A stretch of 33,290 bases of DNA from Candidatus Methylomirabilota bacterium (GTDB lineage Bacteria > Methylomirabilota > Methylomirabilia > Rokubacteriales > CSP1-6). Both the position numbers and the translations under genes were made by a program. Below the pieces are notes generated by a model that was given only the letters and a program-made list of their open reading frames with translations, was not told where the DNA came from and did no database searches. Below, piece by piece: positions 1-8,781 of this stretch. Position 1 is the first letter of the stretch. Each line of letters begins with the position of its first letter. The stretch spans positions 1 through 33,290 of the forward strand of contig JAICGY010000002.1 in assembly GCA_025922915.1 (NCBI GenBank), written 5' to 3'.

Positions 1-435
1 CAAGCGCGTCCGGCGGAGCGCCGGCTCGCGGTAGCCGGGCGCGAGGGGGTCGAGGCGCCGGGTCGGCTACGCGGCCGGGCTGGCGGGGCTCGGGGCCTGC
101 GTGGCGGGCGGGCCATCCGGCGGCGGGGTGGAGCTTCCGACCGCCGCCGCCGGCACGTCACCGGGACGAGCGCCGGCCGTGCGACCGCTGGCATCCGCGC
201 GCGATGTCACACGCGGGCAGGCCATCGTCTCGTCCCGTCCCCCGTAGTTCTCGTAGCGCACGCGGTCCGGTTGAGCAACCGCCACGCCAGATGCGCGGAC
301 ACCGTTCCGGCGCCCACTTGCGCGACGGCAGCAGTCCGCCGGACCGCGGGCGCGAGCAGCCCGTGACCAGGGGGTGGCCACGGTGTGCCCGGATCGGTGA
401 GCCGCCTCAGGGCCGGCGCCCGGCGGGCGCGGGCG

Positions 436-1068
436 TCATGGCGCGCCCCGGCCGCGACGGGCGTGGGCCGACAGCCCGCGCTCCCAGAGGTACTCGGTCT
501 CGCCGAGGTGCTTGCCCACCCACCGGCCCAGGACGAAGAAGAGGTCGCTGAGCCGGTTCAGGTAGCGGATCGTCCACTCGCCGATCGGCTCCACGCGGGA
601 GAGGGCCAGGCAGTCGCGCTCGGCGCGGCGACAGACCGTGCGCGCCTGGTGCAGGAAGCCGTGGATGCGGCCGCCGCCGGGCAGGATGAAGGACCGGAGC
701 GGCTGGAGGTCCTTCTGGCACTCGTCCATCAGGCGCTCGAGCTCGGTCACCTCGCCCTCGCCCATCCGGAACATGCCCTCGTAGGCCGCGTCCGGCGGCG
801 TGGCCAGCTCGCTGCCGAGGTCGAAGAGCTGGTTCTGGACCTTCTGCAAGACCTCGTCGAGCCAGCGGTGCCGCTCGGCGCCGGCTCCCCCGCTCGCCGC
901 GCGCTCGGCGTTGAAGACGCGCACGAGCCCGACGACCGCATTGAGCTCGTCGACGGCGCCGTAGGCGACGATGCGGGGCGAGTCCTTCGGCACCCGCTTG
1001 CCCCCGACGAGCGAGGTCTCCCCGCGGTCGCCCGTGCGCGTGTACACGCGCGTGATGCTGATCGTCAT
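436..1068 (-). CDS. pduO: Cob(I)alamin adenosyltransferase, PduO/MMAB type (210 aa)
   Basis: Lies within track ORF 436..1542, with the likely start at ATG 1068 (MTISITRVYTRTGDRGETSL). PduO signatures: YTRTGDxGET, AYGAVDELN, QNQLFDLGSELA, FILPGG, ARTVCRRAER, YLNRLSDLFFVLGR. Confidence 0.95.
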   Translation of the reverse strand: MTISITRVYTRTGDRGETSLVGGKRVPKDSPRIVAYGAVDELNAVVGLVRVFNAERAASGGAGAERHRWLDEVLQKVQNQLFDLGSELATPPDAAYEGMFRMGEGEVTELERLMDECQKDLQPLRSFILPGGGRIHGFLHQARTVCRRAERDCLALSRVEPIGEWTIRYLNRLSDLFFVLGRWVGKHLGETEYLWERGLSAHARRGRGAP

Positions 1069-1203
1069 CGCTGCGCGCCTCCCGGGGCTACGGTCCCGCC
1101 GGTATTCTACCGCTTCGGGACGCGTGGGCCGGGGGACGCGCCCGCGGGCGGCCGCAGCGCGCAGCGCTTGCGGCTGGCCTCGGCCCCGCGCGATGATCGG
1201 GCC

Positions 1204-2388
1204 GTGATCCCCCGCGCTCGCGCCGTCCTCCTCGCCGCCTGCGCCGTCCACTTCCTGCACGATGGGTTCGCGGACCTGCTCTACGTCTTCTTCCCGATCC
1301 TGGCCGCCGAGCTGTCGCTCTCGCTCTGGCAGGTGGGCCTCATGCGCACGGCCTACACCGGGGGCATGGCGCTCTTCCAGCTGCCGGCGGGGCTGCTCGC
1401 CGAGCGCTGGGGCGAGCGCCGCCTGCTGGCGGCGGGGACGGCGGTGACGGCGGCGGGGTTCGTGGCCGCGGGCGCGGCCGGCGGCTTCGCGGCGCTGCTC
1501 GGGCTCCTGCTCCTGGCGGGCCTCGGCTCCGGCGTCCAGCACCCGCTCTCCTCGACCCTCGTCTCCACGGCGTACGAGGGAGGGGCCCGCCGGACGGCGC
1601 TGGGCACCTACAACTTCTCGGGGGACCTCGGCAAGGTCGCGATCGCCGCCGCCGCCGGCGTGGCGGTGGCGCTGGTCGGCTGGCGGACCACGGCCACCGC
1701 GGTCGGGCTGCTCGGCCTGGCCGCCGCCGTCGTGGTCGGCATCGGGCTCGCGGGCCTGGGCGCCGGCGGCGCCCCGCCGGCGCGCGCCGCGCGCGCGGAC
1801 GCCGTGCGCGGTGGCTGGGGCGTGCGCGACGCGCGCGGCTTCCAGGCGCTCTCGGCGATCGGCATGATCGACAACTCCACCCGCACGGCCCTCCTCACCT
1901 TCCTGCCGTTCGTGCTCATGGCCAAGGGGCTGGGCGCCGCCGGCGTGGGCGGCGCCCTCGCGCTCGTCTTCGCCGGCGGGGCCGCGGGGAAGTTCGTGTG
2001 CGGGCTCGCCGCGGAGCGGGTCGGGATCATCCGGACGGTGCTGCTCACGGAGGCGGCCACGTGCGTGGGGATCCTGGCCGTCCTGTTCTCGCCGCTGCCC
2101 GTCGCCCTGGCGTGCCTGCTGCCCCTGGGCATCGCCCTGAACGGCACGTCGTCGGTGCTCTACGCCACGGTGGCCGATCTCGTCACCGCCGACCGGCGGT
2201 CGCGGGCCTACGGCCTCTACTACACGCTCAGCATGGGCGCCTCGGCGCTCGGGCCGACCGTCTACGGCGTGCTGGGCGACGCCGTCGGCGCGCGCGCGAC
2301 CGTGGCCGTCGTCGCGCTGGTCGTGCTGCTGACGCTCCCGCTCTGCCTGGCGCTCCGCCCGTCCGTGGCCGCTCCTGCCAGCGCCTGA
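1204..2388 (+). CDS. MFS transporter, Fsr-like (about 394 aa)
   Basis: C-terminal part of track ORF 385..2388, with in-frame GTG at 1204. It has about 12 hydrophobic segments, an N-terminal HFLHDG typical of Fsr-like MFS proteins, and motif A-like GLLAERWGERR and GLAAERVG. Confidence 0.88.
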   Translation: MIPRARAVLLAACAVHFLHDGFADLLYVFFPILAAELSLSLWQVGLMRTAYTGGMALFQLPAGLLAERWGERRLLAAGTAVTAAGFVAAGAAGGFAALLGLLLLAGLGSGVQHPLSSTLVSTAYEGGARRTALGTYNFSGDLGKVAIAAAAGVAVALVGWRTTATAVGLLGLAAAVVVGIGLAGLGAGGAPPARAARADAVRGGWGVRDARGFQALSAIGMIDNSTRTALLTFLPFVLMAKGLGAAGVGGALALVFAGGAAGKFVCGLAAERVGIIRTVLLTEAATCVGILAVLFSPLPVALACLLPLGIALNGTSSVLYATVADLVTADRRSRAYGLYYTLSMGASALGPTVYGVLGDAVGARATVAVVALVVLLTLPLCLALRPSVAAPASA

Positions 2389-2444
2389 CCGGCGCCCGGG
2401 CGCCGGAGGCTCTCCCGGGTCCCCTTTTCCGGATTCCCCCCTTG

Positions 2445-2473
2445 TTGACAGGCGGGATCTCCTGTAACGTTAG
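2445..2473 (+). promoter_or_regulatory. Putative sigma70 -35 (TTGACA) with adjacent palindromic operator-like site upstream of the ABC operon
   Basis: Perfect TTGACA at 2445-2450 in an AT-richer patch and palindrome TAACGTTA at 2465-2472. There is no well-spaced consensus -10. Confidence 0.35.
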
Positions 2474-2771
2474 CGGCCAACCAGGCAGTCCCATCTCGCG
2501 TCAGCCCGAATCTCGGAGGTGCAGCTCGATCGACTGAGTCGTATCGCTTCGGGACCCGGCCCCGCGACCTTCGAACTTTGGAAGGGGACAGTCGCTGAAC
2601 ACGCCCACGGCGCGGACAGCCCTTCGCTCCGGCCCGATCACCGAAGGCGGCGCTCCGTCGCCTGGTGGACTGCGGCCGCCGTGCGTCCCCTCCGCCCCCC
2701 ATGTCCTGCCCACGAGCGGGCATCGCCCGCCATCGGGGGCCACCGAGACCCATCCGGAGAGGAGAAAGCCC

Positions 2772-4388
2772 ATGCGGACGAGACACGCTCTGATCGGCCT
2801 CCTGCTGGGGACGACCGCGCTCCTCGGCTCGACCCTCGTGCTGCCGTCCACCTCCACCGCGGCGGAGCCGAAGCGGGGAGGCACCCTGCGTGTCGCCTAC
2901 GGCAACAGCATCGCGCACCTCGATTTCCACACCGCGCCGGGCTACGAAATGATGTGGGTCGCCATGAACGTCGGCTGCGGCCTCGTCAACATCACGCCCG
3001 ACGGGAAGTTCGTGGGGGACGCCGCCGAGTCGTGGGAGGCCTCGCAGGACAACAAGACCTACACCTTCAAGCTCCGGAAGGGCGTCATCTTCCACGACGG
3101 CACCCCGGTCGACGCCCAGGCGGTCAAGTTCAGCATCGACCGCCTCATGGACCCCGCGACGAAGTCGGGGATGCGGAGCTTCTACTCGTCGGTCCGGGCG
3201 GTGGAGGTGGTCGACCCGCAGACCGTGCAGATTCAGCTGAAGGAGCCCTACGCCTTCCTTCTCCACATGCTCGCCGCCTACCGGACCGGTCTGGTCATCT
3301 ACTCGCCCACGGCGACCCAGAAGTACAGCCTGGACGACCGGAAGAGGGGCAAGCCCGAGGCGGTGGTCGGCTGCGGGCCGTTCAAGCTGGTCGAGTGGGT
3401 CAAGGGCAGCCACCTCGTGATGGACAAGTTCGACAAGTACTACAAGCAGGGGCAGCCGTACCTGGACCGCGTCCACATCCGCGTGATCAAGGACCCGGTC
3501 ACCCAGATGGCGGCGTTCAAGGCCGGGGAGATCGACTTCATCGCCTCGTTCTCGCCGGAGCACGTCTCGACCCTCAAGGCCCAGAACCCGAACGCCCAGA
3601 TCCTGACCGGCAAGGAGACGACCCCGCTCAAGGTCGCGATGAAGGTCACCGTGCCGAAAGACGGGAAGCCGATGTCGAAGGAGCGCGTGCCGCACCCGAA
3701 GTTCGGCGATCTGCGCGTGCGCAAGGCCCTCGGCTGCTACGGGATGGACCGCAAGGAGATCGTGAAAATCGCTTTCAAGGGCGAGGCCACGCCGTGGGCG
3801 GGCATGATCCCGCCAGGCACGATGGACACGGTGGACGTCAACGACAAGTGCCCCTACGACCCGGCCAAGGCCAAGGCCCTGCTCGCCGAGGCCGGCTACG
3901 GCCCGTCGAACCCCCTCACCTTCCAGATCATGGCGAACACCGAGAAGTCGGTGTTCAACGTCATCGCCACCGTGGTCAAGGAGCAGATGGCCCGGATCGG
4001 CGTGAACGCGAACATCCTGGTGACCGACAAGGTGACCTGGATGAACACGACGCTCCAGGACGCCCCCTGGGACATGTTCGTGGAGGACCTGCTGTCCCTG
4101 CTGACGCCGGACAGCAACGGCTACCTCTCGAACTCGTCGTCGTCCTGGGCCCAGGAGCGGCACGGCGATACCCGCGTCGATGAAATCTACGCGCGGTACG
4201 CCCGGGAGACGGACCCGGCGAAGCGGAAGGTCATCGCCGCCGAGCTCCAGAACTTCATGCTCGACAACATGTACTGGAACAACGTGTCCGGCTCGCCCTT
4301 CTACCAGGTGGCGCAGCCGTGGATGAAGGGTTACACGTACAACGCGGAGTTCGAGGTCCACTACCACACCGTCTGGCTCGACAAGTAA
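2772..4388 (+). CDS. ABC transporter substrate-binding protein, family 5 (DppA/OppA-like), 538 aa
   Basis: Sec signal peptide, PKRGGTLRVA, YTFKLRKGVIFHDGTPVDAQAVKFSIDR, GCGPFKL, YDPAKAKALLAEAG. RBS GAGGAG lies upstream. Confidence 0.95.
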   Translation: MRTRHALIGLLLGTTALLGSTLVLPSTSTAAEPKRGGTLRVAYGNSIAHLDFHTAPGYEMMWVAMNVGCGLVNITPDGKFVGDAAESWEASQDNKTYTFKLRKGVIFHDGTPVDAQAVKFSIDRLMDPATKSGMRSFYSSVRAVEVVDPQTVQIQLKEPYAFLLHMLAAYRTGLVIYSPTATQKYSLDDRKRGKPEAVVGCGPFKLVEWVKGSHLVMDKFDKYYKQGQPYLDRVHIRVIKDPVTQMAAFKAGEIDFIASFSPEHVSTLKAQNPNAQILTGKETTPLKVAMKVTVPKDGKPMSKERVPHPKFGDLRVRKALGCYGMDRKEIVKIAFKGEATPWAGMIPPGTMDTVDVNDKCPYDPAKAKALLAEAGYGPSNPLTFQIMANTEKSVFNVIATVVKEQMARIGVNANILVTDKVTWMNTTLQDAPWDMFVEDLLSLLTPDSNGYLSNSSSSWAQERHGDTRVDEIYARYARETDPAKRKVIAAELQNFMLDNMYWNNVSGSPFYQVAQPWMKGYTYNAEFEVHYHTVWLDK

Positions 4389-4400
4389 CCCACCCACACA

Positions 4401-4445
4401 CGCCGGGGGGTGCCACCGCGCAGGCGGCGGTGGCCCCTCCCGGCG
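4401..4445 (+). other. Intercistronic stem-loop after the binding-protein gene (mRNA stabiliser or partial terminator)
   Basis: 19-nt arms CGCCGGGGGGTGCCACCGC (4401-4419) and GCGGTGGCCCCTCCCGGCG (4427-4445) with a 7-nt loop, one G-U pair and one mismatch. No U-tract follows. Confidence 0.6.
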
Positions 4446-4456
4446 CGGAGTGACGG

Positions 4457-5434
4457 ATGCGAACCTACATCCTCCGACGGCTGCTCCAGATCGTGCCGAC
4501 CGTGCTGATGATCACCCTGGTGGTGTTCGTCATGATGCAGTCCATCCCCGGCGACCCGGTGGTCGCCCTCCTGGGCGACGCCTACACCGAGGAAGACGCG
4601 ATCAAGATGCGCGAGCAGTACGGCCTGGACCGGTCGGTCGCGGTCCAGTACCTGATCTGGCTCGGCCGGCTCGTGCAGGGCGACTGGGGCACGTCGGTCC
4701 TCAGCGGGCAGCCCGTCCTCAAGGAAGTGCTGATCCGCCTGCCGGTCACGATCGAGCTGATCATCCTCGCCATGGTGGTGGCGCTGATGATCGCCATCCC
4801 GGCCGCGATCATCGGCGCCCTGCGCCAGAACCGGTGGCAGGACTACACCGCCACCTCGGCCGCCCTGGTCGGCATCTCGATTCCGGAGTTCTTCCTGGGG
4901 GTCCTGCTCCTGCTCCTGTTCTCGTTCGGCCTGAAGGGCCTGCTCCCGAGCTCGGGCTGGGTCTACCTCCCGGGGACCTGTCCCACCATCATCTGCAACT
5001 CGGGCGTGTGGGGGAATCTCCAGCACGTGCTGATGCCGGCAATCGCCCTGGGGGTGGCGCGGGCGGCCCTGCTCACCCGGCTCCTCCGCGCCAGCATGCT
5101 CGAGGTGATCCGGACCGAGTACGTCACGAGCGCCCGGGCCAAGGGCCTCGGTGAGTGGAAAGTGGTGTTCAAGCACGGGCTGAAGAACGCGCTCATCCCG
5201 ACGGTGACCGTGATGGGGCTGCAGATCAGCTTCCTGATCGGCGGGGCCATCGTGATCGAGACCCTGTTCGCCCTGCCCGGGCTCGGGACCTTCGGCATCG
5301 ATGCGATCATCGCCCGCGACTACCCCCAGGTCCAGGGGTTCGCGCTGCTCACGGCGTGCGCCTTCGTCGTCATGAACCTCGTCGTCGACCTCACGTACTC
5401 GCTCCTGGATCCGCGGATCCGATACGGAGGGTGA
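4457..5434 (+). CDS. ABC transporter permease, DppB/OppB-like (325 aa)
   Basis: YILRRLL N-terminus, PGDP, YGLDRS..QY, EAA loop YVTSARAKGLGE, HGLKNALIP, RDYPQVQG, LDPRIR. Confidence 0.95.
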   Translation: MRTYILRRLLQIVPTVLMITLVVFVMMQSIPGDPVVALLGDAYTEEDAIKMREQYGLDRSVAVQYLIWLGRLVQGDWGTSVLSGQPVLKEVLIRLPVTIELIILAMVVALMIAIPAAIIGALRQNRWQDYTATSAALVGISIPEFFLGVLLLLLFSFGLKGLLPSSGWVYLPGTCPTIICNSGVWGNLQHVLMPAIALGVARAALLTRLLRASMLEVIRTEYVTSARAKGLGEWKVVFKHGLKNALIPTVTVMGLQISFLIGGAIVIETLFALPGLGTFGIDAIIARDYPQVQGFALLTACAFVVMNLVVDLTYSLLDPRIRYGG

Positions 5435-6411
5435 GCGTGGCCCATCACCGCGACGCGAACGACCCGAAGCCCCGGTCCCTCGGCGCCGCCGCGCTGCGCG
5501 AGGCCGACTTTCCCATACCCACGGGGGTGCTGCCGGCCGACGCCCGGAGTCGGCGCACGGAATCGCCGACCATGCAGGCGCTGCGCCGGCTCCGCCGGAG
5601 CACGACCGCCCTCATCGGGCTCGGCATCGTGGTGGCGCTGCTGCTGGTGGCCGCCCTCGCCGACGTGCTGGCCCCGCAGAGCCCGATCGTCAGTGACCAG
5701 ACCCAGACGTTCCGGCTCCCGAGCGCCGAGCACCCGATGGGGACGGACCAGCTCGGCCGCGACATGCTGAGCCGCGTGATCCACGGCTCGCGGGTCTCCC
5801 TGGCCGTCGGCGTGTCCTCCGTGCTGCTCGCCCTCTTCGTCGGCGTCCCCATGGGCATGATCGCCGGGTTCTACGGCGGGCGGGTGGACACGATCGTGAT
5901 GCGGGTGATGGATCTGATCCTCGCGTTTCCCGTCTACCTGCTGGCCATCATCATCATGGTGATCTTCACGCCGACGGCGGGCTGGCTCGGCACCATCAAG
6001 GTGATCGGCGCCATCGCCATCGTGCGCATTCCGATCTACGCGCGCCTGGTCCGGGGCAGCGTGCTCTCGATCAAGGAGAAGGAGTACATCGAGGCGTGCC
6101 GGGCCCTCGGGCAGCGCGGTCCCTCCATCCTCCTGCGCCACGTCCTGCCGAACAGCCTGGCTCCCGTCATCGTGGCCACGACCCTGGGGATCGGCACCGC
6201 CATCATCGTGGAGGCGACCCTGTCCTTCCTCGGCCTCGGGACCCAGCCCCCGACGCCGAGCTGGGGATGGGATCTCAAGGCCAACGTGGCCTTCATCCAG
6301 GCCAACGCCTGGCTGACGATCTTCCCCGGGCTGGCGATCTTCGTCACCGTGCTCGGGTTCAACCTGTTCGGGGACGGGTTGCGGGACGCCCTCGACCCGC
6401 GGCTCAAGTAA
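5431..6411 (+). CDS. ABC transporter permease, DppC/OppC-like (about 326 aa)
   Basis: In track ORF 5155..6411, with a GTG start at 5431 overlapping the upstream TGA (GTGA). Motifs HPMGTDQLGRDMLSRVIHG, EYIEACRALG, RHVLPN, GDGLRDALDPR. Confidence 0.93.
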   Translation: MSVAHHRDANDPKPRSLGAAALREADFPIPTGVLPADARSRRTESPTMQALRRLRRSTTALIGLGIVVALLLVAALADVLAPQSPIVSDQTQTFRLPSAEHPMGTDQLGRDMLSRVIHGSRVSLAVGVSSVLLALFVGVPMGMIAGFYGGRVDTIVMRVMDLILAFPVYLLAIIIMVIFTPTAGWLGTIKVIGAIAIVRIPIYARLVRGSVLSIKEKEYIEACRALGQRGPSILLRHVLPNSLAPVIVATTLGIGTAIIVEATLSFLGLGTQPPTPSWGWDLKANVAFIQANAWLTIFPGLAIFVTVLGFNLFGDGLRDALDPRLK

Positions 6412-7441
6412 CCGGCCGGCGCTGCCGGGTCTCCGACCCGGGCGCCGGCGCGCCGCGAACGGAGAGTCGCCACAGCGCCAGCCAGGCGCCGAGTCCCATC
6501 GCCGTGAAGGTGACGAGGCTTCCGACGGCGAGGGTGGCCGCGTTGGTGAGGCCCTGGCTGATGTTGCAGCCGTCCCCGAGCAGCGCCGCGCCGCCCATGA
6601 GCAGGCCGCCGGCGAAGAGCTTCACGAGGCTCCATCCCGGAGGGAGCTTCCAGCGGAACTCCCCCGCGAGCCAGGCGCCGCCCCCAGCACCGGTCACCAC
6701 CCCGACGAGCAGGAGCATGCTCCAGGTGATCCGGTTCGGGAACCCCACCATGACGTACGTGAGCCAGTGGCCCGTGTTGGCGCTGAAGGTGATGCCGACC
6801 GGCGAGTCGGCGAGGCTCGAGGCCCACCAGCCCGCCGCGATCAGGAGGCCGACGGCGACACCGGTCAGCGGCCACGGCCACCTGCCGGGCGCGGGCGCGG
6901 CCCGCGCCCGGAGAAGCCAGAGGCCACCCGCCAGCACCAGCGCTGCGACCGCGATCCACGGGGGCACGCCGATGACGCTCGCGAGCGTGGGGGACGCCCC
7001 GTCCACGGAGAGCGTCGGCGCCTGGAGTGTCCGGCGCAGCGGCGCGAGCGCGCCGATCCCCACGACGCTGGCGCCGACGGCGAAGCCGAACAGGACCACG
7101 AGGGCGCCGATGGCGCCCTCACCGACGCGGTACCACGTGCTGGCCGCGCATCCACCCGCGAGGACCATGCCGACTCCGAAGAGCAGCCCGCCCAGTCCGT
7201 TGGCCAGCCAGCGAAACGGGCGGACAGGAAGCTCCACCACGCCCAGGCCCGACAGCAGGTGGACGCCGACGACGGCCACCAGCAGCGCCAGGATCCAGGC
7301 CCGGAGCAGCGTGGCGTCCCCCGCCAGCACGAGGTTCGCCAGCGCCCGGGTCAGACAGAACCCGCCGCGCTGGATGACGTAGCCGAAGAGCGCGCCCAGC
7401 GCCAGCGCGGAGGGGACCATGGCCCAGGGGGGCTCGTCCAT
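6404..7441 (-). CDS. yeeE: YeeE/YedE (TsuA-like) sulfur-compound/thiosulfate transporter (345 aa)
   Basis: Multi-TM protein with the three family Cys motifs QRGGFC, GMVLAGGC..S and LGDGCNISQG, plus GEFRW. Confidence 0.9.
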   Translation of the reverse strand: MDEPPWAMVPSALALGALFGYVIQRGGFCLTRALANLVLAGDATLLRAWILALLVAVVGVHLLSGLGVVELPVRPFRWLANGLGGLLFGVGMVLAGGCAASTWYRVGEGAIGALVVLFGFAVGASVVGIGALAPLRRTLQAPTLSVDGASPTLASVIGVPPWIAVAALVLAGGLWLLRARAAPAPGRWPWPLTGVAVGLLIAAGWWASSLADSPVGITFSANTGHWLTYVMVGFPNRITWSMLLLVGVVTGAGGGAWLAGEFRWKLPPGWSLVKLFAGGLLMGGAALLGDGCNISQGLTNAATLAVGSLVTFTAMGLGAWLALWRLSVRGAPAPGSETRQRRPVT

Positions 7442-7459
7442 GCGTGCCTCGATCGGCGA

Positions 7460-8347
7460 TCAGGTGCGCCGCCAGCCCACGACGGGCTCCGATGGCTCGA
7501 CCGGCTCCTGGCGGTCGAGCACCCGGAAGACGAGGACGAGCACGGCCAGCATGTCGATGGCGCCGCCGGCGCTCCACATGATGACCCCACCCCACCACTG
7601 GTCCTCCAGAGCGCTCACCCCGGCTCCGGCGGCCAGCGCGGCGTACGTCGGATACAGCACCCATGGACTCATGGTCAGCAGCAGGCCCAGCACGGCCTCC
7701 TGGAAGGCCCCCAGGAGGAGATACGCCATCTGCGCGCCGGGATGGGCGGCCGGACGGAGCCGCGGTGCCGCCCCCAGCAGCGGCCACCAGAAGAGCACGC
7801 CGGCGCCGAAGAGGACCACGTGCTCGAGATCGTGCACGAGCCGATCGCCGAGCGCCGCTTCCCAGGCCACGGGGGCGTGCCAGAGCCAGAGCGCCAGCGC
7901 GGAGAGCAGCCAGGCCACCGGCATGGCGGTGAGCGCCCGCCACAGCCCCCGCAGGGAGCCGCCCGGACGGAGCGGTGCGCCGCCCCAGAGTCGCGCCGGC
8001 CGCGGAAGCCCCCACAGGACGACCGGCAACGGGTTGGCGAGGAGGAGGGCCGGGGCCGCCAGCTTCAGCAGGAGGAGATGCTGGACCTTGTGGGCCGAGA
8101 AGCGCGCGTGCGCCCACTGATCCAGCGGAGAGAGGAGCGCGCCGGCGATCGACGCCACGCCCGCCACCGCGGCGGCGAGACGCCAGGGCGGCGCCAGCGC
8201 CGGCCGCCGCGTCCGCAGGCGCCACCAGCCGAGCGCGTAGAGGCCGAGGGCGACGGCCAGGGGAGCGGCGACCTCGGGCCGCCATCCGCCGGTCAGGGCG
8301 GTGGTCGACTCGGCGAGCGTCGGAAGCGAGCCGGCCGGGTGCGCCAT
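7460..8347 (-). CDS. ctaG: Cytochrome c oxidase assembly factor, Caa3_CtaG family (295 aa)
   Basis: ATG at 8347 within track ORF 7460..8395. Motifs ALLSPLD, FSAH(K)VQHLLL, WLWHAP, HDLEH, LFWWPLL, DQxxGGVIMW. Confidence 0.88.
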   Translation of the reverse strand: MAHPAGSLPTLAESTTALTGGWRPEVAAPLAVALGLYALGWWRLRTRRPALAPPWRLAAAVAGVASIAGALLSPLDQWAHARFSAHKVQHLLLLKLAAPALLLANPLPVVLWGLPRPARLWGGAPLRPGGSLRGLWRALTAMPVAWLLSALALWLWHAPVAWEAALGDRLVHDLEHVVLFGAGVLFWWPLLGAAPRLRPAAHPGAQMAYLLLGAFQEAVLGLLLTMSPWVLYPTYAALAAGAGVSALEDQWWGGVIMWSAGGAIDMLAVLVLVFRVLDRQEPVEPSEPVVGWRRT

Positions 8348-8360
8348 GCCGCAGCGCGCC

Positions 8361-8453
8361 TCACTTGCGCCAGGTGAGCACCACGACCCAGGCAAAGAAA
8401 ACCAGCGTGCCCACGAGGAAGATCCCGAACGCCAGCATCTCGATCCCCGGCAT
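8361..8453 (-). CDS. Small single-TM membrane protein (30 aa, MPGIEMLAFGIFLVGTLVFFAWVVVLTWRK), possible oxidase accessory subunit
   Basis: ATG at 8453 preceded by GAAGGGAG RBS. One hydrophobic helix ends in RK. It fills the gap within the operon. Confidence 0.6.
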   Translation of the reverse strand: MPGIEMLAFGIFLVGTLVFFAWVVVLTWRK

Positions 8454-8464
8454 CGCGGCTCCCT

Positions 8465-8569
8465 TCACGGGCCCTGCACGACGACCGCCACGACGTTGAA
8501 CAGGGCGTCGCTCGCGAGGATGAGGAGATTCAGCACCGCCAGCCCGAGGAGCAGCCAGACCGCCCTCAT
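8465..8569 (-). CDS. Small hydrophobic protein (34 aa, MRAVWLLLGLAVLNLLILASDALFNVVAVVVQGP)
   Basis: Not in the ORF track; translated by hand. The ATG overlaps the upstream TGA (ATGA, 8566-8569), the stop is TGA at 8465-8467, and codons are GC3-rich. Confidence 0.55.
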   Translation of the reverse strand: MRAVWLLLGLAVLNLLILASDALFNVVAVVVQGP

Positions 8570-8781
8570 CGCGCCAGCCCCGGCCCCAGTCCGCCCCAGA
8601 ACTTGACCAGGTAGTAGACGCCCCAGATGGTGAGCACGGCGTACACGAGCAGCAGCCAGCGGTTGACGAACCCGTGATAGCTACGGATCTCGCCCTGGGC
8701 AAACTCCTCGATGTGGCCACGCTCGCGCTCGTGCTCGGCGATCACCCGGTCCCGGTCGGGTCTATCCTCGGCTGTCGTCAT
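8566..8781 (-). CDS. Small membrane protein resembling the CcoP/FixP N-terminal domain (71 aa)
   Basis: GEIRSYHGFVNRWLLLVYAVLTIWGVYYLV resembles the FixP_N pattern DGIxExDNPxPRWWxxxFxxTIxWxxxY. It sits downstream of ccoNO. Confidence 0.65.
   Translation of the reverse strand: MTTAEDRPDRDRVIAEHERERGHIEEFAQGEIRSYHGFVNRWLLLVYAVLTIWGVYYLVKFWGGLGPGLAR

Noticed and set aside
67-381. ORF 67..381 (-), or a shorter version from an ATG near 226, and ORF 204..551 (+)
   Set aside because: Low-complexity Pro/Ala/Arg translation with no recognisable motif. A small gene cannot be excluded but is unsupported.
385-1203. Apparent 667-aa MFS protein with a long N-terminal extension
   Set aside because: The extension is the antisense shadow of pduO. 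The transporter sequence begins at about 1204.
1204-2388. MFS protein as the CcoA-type copper importer for the cbb3 oxidase
   Set aside because: It lacks the MxxxM/HxxxM motifs of CcoA, looks Fsr-like and lies outside the operon.
2475-2771. Cobalamin, SAM or glycine riboswitch in the ABC leader (pduO is nearby; CACCGAAGG resembles a glycine-aptamer segment)
   Set aside because: The other conserved elements of these aptamers could not be found by eye.
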